From: Lachnospiraceae bacterium
GTDB lineage: Bacteria > Bacillota > Clostridia > Lachnospirales > Lachnospiraceae
Length of the DNA: 36,555 nucleotides
Assembly: GCA_045640725.1 (NCBI GenBank)
Contig: JAZUFN010000279.1
Location: 1 to 36,555 of the forward strand
Reading direction: 5' to 3'
Both the position numbers and the translations under genes were made by a program. Positions 17,373-24,251 of the stretch are shown here, piece after piece; within the stretch, counting starts at the first letter, position 1; each line of letters opens with the position of its first letter. The notes under the pieces are model-generated. The model was not told the origin of the DNA. It saw only the letters and a program-made list of their open reading frames with translations, and did no database searches.

Positions 17373-18569
17373 TTACTGATTATTGGTTAACTCGCCTGAA
17401 GCCTGCATTTCCTTGTATTTGGAAATATATCTCTGGATACGGTCTGTAGGGCTTAAGAACTCGCTGATGGAACCATCATGATTCAGAGAATCAATAAGAA
17501 GAGCGATATACTTAGCCATCTCAGCGCTTGCATAATACTCACGTGAGAGGAGCTCAGGTGTCTGGTATACAAGATTGGTAGTGATAACCAAATCGAAATC
17601 ACCACGAGCGTAAGCCTCATCGAATTTGTCCATACCATTGGTGAAAAGACCAAATGTGGAGCAGATGAAGATACGCTTTGCCTTACGGGCCTTAAGCTCA
17701 CGAGCTGTATCCAGCATGCTTTCACCGGAGGAAATCATATCATCGATGATGATAAGGTCTTTACCTTCTACATCAGAGCCCAGGAATTCATGAGCAACGA
17801 TAGGATTGCGACCATTGATAATCTTAGTATAGTCACGGCGCTTGTAGAACATACCAACGTCAGCGCCCAGCACTGAACCAAAGTAAACGGCACGGCTCAT
17901 AGCACCTTCATCAGGGGAAATAACCATGAGATGCTCACTGTCCAGCTGCAGGTCAGGAACTCTTCTAAGAAGAGCCTTTACGAACTGGTAAGTAGGCTGT
18001 ACTGTTTCGAAAGAATTACGTGGAATAGCATTCTGTACACGGGGGTCGTGGGCATCGAAGGTAATGATGGAGTCAACGCCCATAGCGATAAGCTCCTGAA
18101 GAGCCATAGCACAGTCAAGAGACTCGCGGGCGCTTCTCTTGTGCTGACGACCTTCATAAAGGAAAGGCATGATAACTGTGATTCTACGAGCCTTACCTGC
18201 AGAAGCAGCGATAAGACGCTTAAGATCAGCAAAATGATCGTCAGGAGACATATGATTAATATGTCCGCATACGGAATAAGTGAGGGAATAATTGGTAACA
18301 TCTACGATAAAGTAGAGATCATCACCACGAACAGTTTCTTTGATAATGCCTTTAGCTTCGCCTGAGCCGAATCTTGGACAGTCAGCGTTGATAAGGAAAG
18401 AGTCCTTTTTATACTCAGTGAAATGGATATCGTCGTTATCATCCAGCTCACGGTCTGTGCGCCAGCTGACAATGTAATCATCCACCTTCTTTGCGATTTC
18501 AGTGCAGCTCTTATGGGCTACAATACCAAGGTTACCTACGGGGATATTCAAGATCTCCTGCTGTGACAT
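17373..18569 (-). CDS. prs: ribose-phosphate pyrophosphokinase, long form (398 aa)
   Basis: PRPP-binding loop LIIIDDMISSGESMLDTA, plus DAHDPRVQN and RRITVIMPFLYEGRQHK motifs. The start is set at the second ATG (18569), which has GGAGGA 7 nt upstream. Confidence 0.88.
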   Translation of the reverse strand: MSQQEILNIPVGNLGIVAHKSCTEIAKKVDDYIVSWRTDRELDDNDDIHFTEYKKDSFLINADCPRFGSGEAKGIIKETVRGDDLYFIVDVTNYSLTYSVCGHINHMSPDDHFADLKRLIAASAGKARRITVIMPFLYEGRQHKRSARESLDCAMALQELIAMGVDSIITFDAHDPRVQNAIPRNSFETVQPTYQFVKALLRRVPDLQLDSEHLMVISPDEGAMSRAVYFGSVLGADVGMFYKRRDYTKIINGRNPIVAHEFLGSDVEGKDLIIIDDMISSGESMLDTARELKARKAKRIFICSTFGLFTNGMDKFDEAYARGDFDLVITTNLVYQTPELLSREYYASAEMAKYIALLIDSLNHDGSISEFLSPTDRIQRYISKYKEMQASGELTNNQ

Positions 18570-18703
18570 TTTGGGGTCCTCCATGCTTTAATGCTTTATT
18601 TTTGTAAACCACATTACCATTATTCATTTTAAGACGACGTAATACTAAAGCAGAAACGTTACTTTGTCAAGTAATTAAGTCTAATGAAAATATAATATAA
18701 AAC

Positions 18704-19705
18704 TTATGCAAATCGTCTCTTTAGTCTTAAATCGTCGCCGTAAAAGCGCACCAGAGTAAATCCACCGCCTATTCGGGAGAAGTTTCTGTCTCCGTAAACT
18801 TCTCTGATATCAGTAAAGCTTAGATTACTGGAAAGAATAGTAGGCTTACGGGAAAGAAGGCGGGTATTAAGCACATTATTAAAATTGGAAATTGTAAAAG
18901 CTGTGGACATCTCACTGCCCAAATCATCGATGATGAGTAAATCGCAATTGAGAATGTAATCCTCTTCTTCATAGGAAGCAATCGCCTCATCTCCGTAATG
19001 GCGTAATTTTTTACCAAGGGCATCGAAAAGCTGATGGCTGGTAAGGTAAAGTACGGTATGGCCTGTTTTTAAGAGCTCATTGGCAATACAGTTGGAAAGA
19101 AAGGTCTTGCCCAGGCCGGGCTCGCCGTAGAAGAAAAGATTTCTATACTGCGTATCAAAATTTTTGACAAAGGATTGAGAGATACTATATGCCTCCTGCA
19201 TCATCTGCAGAGAGGACTTGCCTGTTCTGGGGTCTGTATCCGTGGCACTGAAGCAGTCGAAAGAAAAAGTCTGGAAATTTTCACGTTCCAATACCTGACG
19301 GATATTGGACTGTGAGTAAACATAGTCTACAACTGCCTGTTTAAAGCAGTGACAACGCTTGTCGCCTGCAATGCCGGTATCGTGACAGTCAGGACAAATC
19401 CACTCAGGCTCCAGATAATCAGCAGGAAGACCATGAGATAAAAGCAGCTTGGTCTTTTTCTCCTCAAGGGCAGCCAGCTGTATTTTAAGCTTTTGAAGGC
19501 CTGCAGTAGCTTCTGCGGCGTTTTCTGAAACGGCAAGAGGGGCGAAATCCATAGAGGTATTTATTATCTCAAGTTCAATATCCCTAAATTCGGGTATAGT
19601 GTCATATACACGCTGCTTTTTAGACTCCTGAAGGTGTCTGGAATCTGCCTGAAGTTCATCATAACGTCTTACTATTGAATTGTACTGACTTGCGGATAAA
19701 CTCAT
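18704..19705 (-). CDS. DnaI/DnaC-like helicase loader (IstB-type AAA+ with an N-terminal Cys-rich zinc module)
   Basis: Walker A GEPGLGKT, Walker B LLIIDDLGSE, and an N-terminal CPDCHDTG-x6-CHC cluster as in DnaI. It lies directly downstream of a DnaD-domain gene. Confidence 0.85.
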   Translation of the reverse strand: MSLSASQYNSIVRRYDELQADSRHLQESKKQRVYDTIPEFRDIELEIINTSMDFAPLAVSENAAEATAGLQKLKIQLAALEEKKTKLLLSHGLPADYLEPEWICPDCHDTGIAGDKRCHCFKQAVVDYVYSQSNIRQVLERENFQTFSFDCFSATDTDPRTGKSSLQMMQEAYSISQSFVKNFDTQYRNLFFYGEPGLGKTFLSNCIANELLKTGHTVLYLTSHQLFDALGKKLRHYGDEAIASYEEEDYILNCDLLIIDDLGSEMSTAFTISNFNNVLNTRLLSRKPTILSSNLSFTDIREVYGDRNFSRIGGGFTLVRFYGDDLRLKRRFA

Positions 19706-19740
19706 TTTTTCACTCCCTTTATAAAAATGCCCTGTCTTAT

Positions 19741-20811
19741 TTATACCTCACGGCTATTCCGGCCCAGCAGCATTTTCTCCAATTGGAGCATGTCGTCGTC
19801 GGAATAGTTGTGAGTCTGGTATTTATTATAATTTGCTGCGGATTTGGTGACTGAAGCTCGGGCAGAAGAGGACTTTGCGGCAGGCTTTTCGTCACGCTTC
19901 AAATCGGAAAGAGTCATAATGGACTTAGCCTTCCATCCGGCTAAAATCTTGTCTGCATACTGAAAGCTGGGATTGTGGCAGTTCATAATGGTACGGTCGC
20001 AGGCTTCCTTAATCATCTCTGCAGAAAATCCCATAGCCTTCCAATTTTGGACTACCTTCATCTCGGATTCACCCAGTGCACGTCCCAGACTCCAGGATTT
20101 ATTGATGGCACTGATGGTCTCATCGTAGAAGGATGACTGGCGGGCGGCCGCCTCAGGGCTGTCAATGCCACCTTCATACCAGTTGATAGCTACCTGCTGG
20201 ATATATTTATTGCTTTTTTTCTTGCGTTCGAGACAGGTCTCGTAAAGATAGATAATAAGATCCTCAGAAAAATGAAGATCGTTGTATAAGAACATAATAA
20301 GATCTGTGTCCGCCTGGGTCAGCATACGCTTAAGCAGAGAGCCTACCACTTCCAAAGTCTCAGAGAATACTTCATCTGTCAGAAGTCGATTGATCTCCTG
20401 TGGAGAAAAAGCATGTGGTGCAGGTGACGCAGGCTTGGTCTCCTCCGGCAGAATGGAAATCCTTGCTTCGGTGGCAGTAGCATGTACTGCGGTCACCGGC
20501 TCACCTGAAGGATCTCCATTCAGCTCCAGAAGAGTGATTCCGTCAATCTCGGAATCGTTCTCTGAGAGAACCAACACCCCATTTTTCTGCCAGTACTTAA
20601 GTGCTCTTATAATGTCTTTTTCAGTCTCATCCAAGGTCTCTGCCGCATTGGCAATGGTAAAACCCCAGGGAGCACCTGACATACAACGTAAAAGATAGAG
20701 ATAGACCTTAACATATGATCCGTTGGCGGATGGCATATATCGGTCTATAAATATATTAGGAACAACAGTAGCAGAGAACTTGCGTTCAGTGCTGATTAAA
20801 ATATCTTTCAT
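19741..20811 (-). CDS. DnaD-domain replication initiation/helicase-loading protein (B. subtilis DnaB/DnaD-like)
   Basis: N-terminal winged-helix-like region (YVKVYLYLLRC ... IRALKYWQKNGVL) and two DnaD/DnaB_2-type C-terminal repeats (YIQQVAINWYEGGI; YADKILAGWKAKSI). The start was trimmed to the ATG at 20811 (MKDILIS), with AGGGG about 9 nt upstream. The track start at 21057 runs through an intergenic DnaA-box region. Confidence 0.8.
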   Translation of the reverse strand: MKDILISTERKFSATVVPNIFIDRYMPSANGSYVKVYLYLLRCMSGAPWGFTIANAAETLDETEKDIIRALKYWQKNGVLVLSENDSEIDGITLLELNGDPSGEPVTAVHATATEARISILPEETKPASPAPHAFSPQEINRLLTDEVFSETLEVVGSLLKRMLTQADTDLIMFLYNDLHFSEDLIIYLYETCLERKKKSNKYIQQVAINWYEGGIDSPEAAARQSSFYDETISAINKSWSLGRALGESEMKVVQNWKAMGFSAEMIKEACDRTIMNCHNPSFQYADKILAGWKAKSIMTLSDLKRDEKPAAKSSSARASVTKSAANYNKYQTHNYSDDDMLQLEKMLLGRNSREV

Positions 20812-20956
20812 AAAAAACATCCCCTGTAATGTAACTCTTGGTCGAACCCATTCTCCCGCTGTGCTGTTACCCCAACAACGCGACCAACGAGTTGAAGTAT
20901 AGCAGATATTTTTTGCCCGTGGAATAGCGAATTGGCTGTATACAGGCTGTAGAAAG

Positions 20957-20980
20957 AAAATGTGGATAAAGTGGATAAGT
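20957..20980 (-). promoter_or_regulatory. tandem DnaA-box pair (copy 1 of an exact 24-bp repeat)
   Basis: AAAATGTGGATAAAGTGGATAAGT. TGTGGATAA (20961-20969) is the reverse complement of the perfect DnaA box TTATCCACA. It abuts AGTGGATAA (20970-20978, TTATCCACT, one mismatch). Confidence 0.7.
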
Positions 20981-21040
20981 ATTGTTAGTTTTCTAAAATA
21001 ACCCGGAAAATGATTAAAAAAACATAAAAACACAAATTGA

Positions 21041-21096
21041 ACACAAAAAATCCACATTTTCTCCCTGTGGGTTATCCCAGTGGAAAAAATGTGGAT
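21041..21096 (-). terminator. candidate murC terminator formed by inverted DnaA-box-containing arms
   Basis: Minus-strand RNA: AUCCACAUUUU, a 25-nt loop with an internal UGGG/CCCA pairing, then AAAAUGUGGAU, followed by UUUUUGUGU. It begins 14 nt after the murC stop. The large loop lowers confidence. Confidence 0.45.
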
Positions 21097-21109
21097 AAAG
21101 TGGATAAGT
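21086..21109 (-). promoter_or_regulatory. tandem DnaA-box pair (copy 2 of the exact 24-bp repeat)
   Basis: The same 24-mer as at 20957-20980, with TGTGGATAA at 21090-21098 and AGTGGATAA at 21099-21107. It abuts the murC stop codon (21110-21112). Confidence 0.7.
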
Positions 21110-22507
21110 TTACTTACCGAGGAGCGAATCCCCGATATTTACTACATCTCCGCCCCCCATAGTTATCAACAGGTCGTTGTGGTCAGAGAATTCCAAAAGA
21201 AAATTTTCGATTTCGTCGAAGGTCTCAAAATAGTATACTTCCTTACCTTTTTTCTCCAGAAGCTCCATAATTTGACGTGAACTTACTTCTCCGGTGTCTA
21301 CTTCTCTGGCTGGATAGATCTTAGCAAGAACAACTACGTCTGAAAGAGCTAAACTGTCGGCAAATTCGTGAAGCAGGGCCTTGGTACGGGAGAAAGTGTG
21401 AGGCTGGAAAATGGTAATCAGGCGGTTTTTTTCATATTTCTGAGCGGCTAAAAGGCTGGCTTCTATTTCGTCAGGATGATGTGCATAATCATCATATATT
21501 TTTATGCTGCCTAAACTGCCTTTATATTGGAAGCGTCTGTCGGTGCCTGTGAAAGATTTTAGTGTCTTAAGCATAGAATCCAGTGGGACATTATACTTGC
21601 GGGCAACTGCAATGGCAGCCAAAGAGTTGGAAACGTTGTGACGGCCTACCAGGCCCAGCTCTACCTGGGCGATTTTCTCCCCATTTTCGTAAAGATCATA
21701 TATGCCGCGACCCATGGAATCATAGGAGATATTTTTTGCCACATAGTTGTAAGGACAGTCTTTGTTGCCATTTTTCTCAAGGCCGTATGTGACCAAAGTG
21801 CTTTTAAGATCTTTGAAAAGAATTTCATAGTCACTAATCTCCGAATTAATAACGGTTATTCCCTCGGCAGGTACTAAATCAGCAAATCGACGGAATGATT
21901 GTCTGATTTCATCCAAATCCTTAAAGAAATCCAAATGATCTGCAGCAATATTCAAAATAATGGCATCCTGCGGGTGGAAGTCCAGAAAAGAATTGGTGTA
22001 TTCGCAAGACTCTACTACAAAATGATCACCCTTACCTATTCTGAAATTACCCTTAATCTCAGGCAGAACGCCACCTACGGAAATAGTAGGGTCCATACCT
22101 GCGTCCAAGAGCATCAGGGAAAGCAAGGATGTGGTGGTAGTCTTTCCATGAGTGCCTGAGACACCGACGGAGGACCTGTATTCCTGCATTACCTGCCCCA
22201 TGAGCTGGGCTCTGGTAAGGGCCGGAATGCCTTTTTGTCTGGTGGCAGCAAGCTCTTCGTTATCTTCCTTTACGGCAGCGGTATAAATCACTGCAGTAAT
22301 ATCATCAGTAATATTGGGAGCATTCTGACCTATAAAAATCCGGGCGCCTTGTGCCTGCAACTCCCTTGTCAGGTCTGACTCCTTCCAGTCTGAGCCGGAA
22401 ACAGTAAAGCCTTTTGACAAAAGAAGCTGGGCCAGACCGCTCATCGATACGCCGCCTATGCCTATAAAGTGGATATGGGCCGGCTTATTAAAGTCGATTC
22501 TATACAT
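21110..22507 (-). CDS. murC: UDP-N-acetylmuramate--L-alanine ligase
   Basis: 465 aa. N-terminal IHFIGIGGVSMSGLA, P-loop GTHGKTTTTS, and Mur ligase C-terminal domain motifs. Confidence 0.95.
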   Translation of the reverse strand: MYRIDFNKPAHIHFIGIGGVSMSGLAQLLLSKGFTVSGSDWKESDLTRELQAQGARIFIGQNAPNITDDITAVIYTAAVKEDNEELAATRQKGIPALTRAQLMGQVMQEYRSSVGVSGTHGKTTTTSLLSLMLLDAGMDPTISVGGVLPEIKGNFRIGKGDHFVVESCEYTNSFLDFHPQDAIILNIAADHLDFFKDLDEIRQSFRRFADLVPAEGITVINSEISDYEILFKDLKSTLVTYGLEKNGNKDCPYNYVAKNISYDSMGRGIYDLYENGEKIAQVELGLVGRHNVSNSLAAIAVARKYNVPLDSMLKTLKSFTGTDRRFQYKGSLGSIKIYDDYAHHPDEIEASLLAAQKYEKNRLITIFQPHTFSRTKALLHEFADSLALSDVVVLAKIYPAREVDTGEVSSRQIMELLEKKGKEVYYFETFDEIENFLLEFSDHNDLLITMGGGDVVNIGDSLLGK

Positions 22508-22623
22508 TATAATTCTCTTTTCTGTCTGCTTTATGAGTTTTCAAAGTTATTTCAACATTATAGTATTCATAATTGTCAAAGTAAAGAAAAACTCTATAAA
22601 ACAATATTTTAATAGATTTTTTC

Positions 22624-22652
22624 TTGACACACCCCTGTGAATGCTGTATTAT
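22624..22652 (+). promoter_or_regulatory. sigma-A type promoter for malQ-glgP
   Basis: TTGACA at 22624-22629, a 17-nt spacer, and TATTAT at 22647-22652 (a TATAAT also lies at 22650-22655). Confidence 0.6.
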
Positions 22653-22716
22653 AATCTCATGTTTTCGAAAATATTCGAAAATTCTTAGGAGAAGAACATA
22701 TTTTTGGAGGCTTATT

Positions 22717-24222
22717 ATGCCAGCAAGTAAAAAACAACAGCTTTCCCGCGGCGCAGGTCTTCTGATGCCTGTCACATCCCTGCCATCTCCTTATGGAATC
22801 GGCACTCTGGGAAAAAGCGCATACGAATTTGCGGATTTTGCGAAAAAGTACGGTGCCAGATATTGGCAGGTACTTCCTATTGGTCCTACCAGCTATGGAG
22901 ACAGCCCTTATCAGGCATTTTCTGCATTTGCAGGTAATCCATATTTTATTGACCTTGATATTCTGATTGAGGAAGGTCTTTTAAGCAGAGACGAGGTCGA
23001 GGCTGCTGATTGGGGTGACAATTCATCCTATGTGGACTATGCAGCCATCTACGAGAGTCGTTTTAAAGTTCTTCGTGCAGCTTTTAAAAAGTCCGCTCAT
23101 AAAAACACCAAGGCTTTCAAGGCATTTAAAGAGGAATGCAGCTATTGGCTGGCAGATTATGCTTTTTATATGTCATTAAAAAATTATTTTGGCGGCAAGG
23201 CATGGCAGGAGTGGGATACTGATATTAAGAAGCGTGAAAAAAGCGCTGTTGCAAAATATAAGAAACTTCTTTCTGAAGATATTGATTTTTGGGAATTTGT
23301 CCAGTTCAAATTTGACCAGCAATGGACAGCTCTCAAAAAATACGTAAATTCTAACGGCATGGAGATTATTGGTGATATTCCTCTTTATGTATCCATGGAT
23401 TCAGCTGATGTTTGGGTGCATCCTGATCTCTTTGAGCTGGATGAGGATTTAGAGCCAATAAATATTGCGGGGGTCCCGCCGGATCTTTTTTCAGCTACCG
23501 GCCAGCGCTGGGGCAATCCTCTTTACCGTTGGGATGTTATGGAAAAAGATGATTTCGGCTGGTGGGCAGAACGTATGAAGTCCTGTGGATATCACTATGA
23601 CGTAGTACGTATCGATCATTTTATCGGTGTCGTAAATTACTGGTCTATTCCTGCTTCCTGTCCTACTGCAATTGATGGAGCTTGGATCAAGGGACCGGGT
23701 AAAAAGCTTACGGATATGATTAACAGAGAGCTGCCGGACACCAAGCTTATTGCCGAGGATCTGGGTGTTCTGACTAAGCCTGTTCAGGACCTTATTGATA
23801 AAAACGGTTATCCGGGTATGAAGATTCTGGAATTTGCTTTGAATGCTGAGCCTGAAAGTCCATATCTTCCTCACAATTACCGTACTGACAACATTATTGT
23901 ATATACAGGCACCCATGATAACGAGACCTTGGTGGGAGCTCTTAAGGGGTGCAGCTGGGAGCAGATTCAGCGACTGGTAAAATACTATAATGCCGAGACT
24001 GCGGAAAAATTGCCTGAAGCAATGATAAGAGCAGCATTTGCTTCCAACGGACGTGTGGCAATACTCCCTGTTCAGGACCTGCTGGGTCTGGACAATAGCG
24101 CCCGTATCAATTTCCCGTCTACTTTGGGAAATAACTGGAAGTGGAGAGTGACCAATGACCAGCTCAAGTCTATTGATACCGACTATTATCATGAGATGGC
24201 AGAGCTTTACGGAAGACTGTAA
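22717..24222 (+). CDS. malQ: 4-alpha-glucanotransferase (amylomaltase, GH77)
   Basis: 501 aa. RGAGLLMPVTSLPSPYGIGTLG, GDSPYQ and VRIDHFIG motifs. The start is set at the ATG at 22717 with GGAGG 6 nt upstream. The track start at 22624 overlaps the promoter. Confidence 0.93.
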   Translation: MPASKKQQLSRGAGLLMPVTSLPSPYGIGTLGKSAYEFADFAKKYGARYWQVLPIGPTSYGDSPYQAFSAFAGNPYFIDLDILIEEGLLSRDEVEAADWGDNSSYVDYAAIYESRFKVLRAAFKKSAHKNTKAFKAFKEECSYWLADYAFYMSLKNYFGGKAWQEWDTDIKKREKSAVAKYKKLLSEDIDFWEFVQFKFDQQWTALKKYVNSNGMEIIGDIPLYVSMDSADVWVHPDLFELDEDLEPINIAGVPPDLFSATGQRWGNPLYRWDVMEKDDFGWWAERMKSCGYHYDVVRIDHFIGVVNYWSIPASCPTAIDGAWIKGPGKKLTDMINRELPDTKLIAEDLGVLTKPVQDLIDKNGYPGMKILEFALNAEPESPYLPHNYRTDNIIVYTGTHDNETLVGALKGCSWEQIQRLVKYYNAETAEKLPEAMIRAAFASNGRVAILPVQDLLGLDNSARINFPSTLGNNWKWRVTNDQLKSIDTDYYHEMAELYGRL

Positions 24223-24251
24223 TAATACACAATAATAGGAGAAATATTTAC

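Noticed and set aside
20812-21057. The N-terminal 82-aa extension of the dnaD-like ORF in the track. Analogous extensions occur at murA 1427, HD-GYP 4051, asnS 11755, prs 18584, malQ 22624 and pgcA 30915.
   Set aside because: The extensions are Cys/Phe-rich or otherwise unlike the protein family. They run through promoters, DnaA boxes or terminators. Internal ATGs with proper Shine-Dalgarno spacing give canonical N-termini.
20821-21109. The DnaA-box cluster as the chromosomal replication origin (oriC).
   Set aside because: This reading is not adopted as the primary one. Only about five boxes are present. No dnaA, dnaN or rpmH lies nearby. I saw no DnaA-trio-like repeat. One arm doubles as a terminator stem. 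It cannot be excluded without whole-genome GC-skew analysis and the location of dnaA.
22659-22673. A catabolite-responsive element (cre) at the malQ promoter.
   Set aside because: ATGTTTTCGAAAATA mismatches the cre consensus WTGNAANCGNWNNCW at three conserved positions. It is kept only as an unassigned operator candidate.
23491-24192. A 233-aa ORF on the minus strand, antisense to malQ.
   Set aside because: It is a shadow ORF inside a well-supported GH77 gene, with no motifs and no ribosome-binding site.
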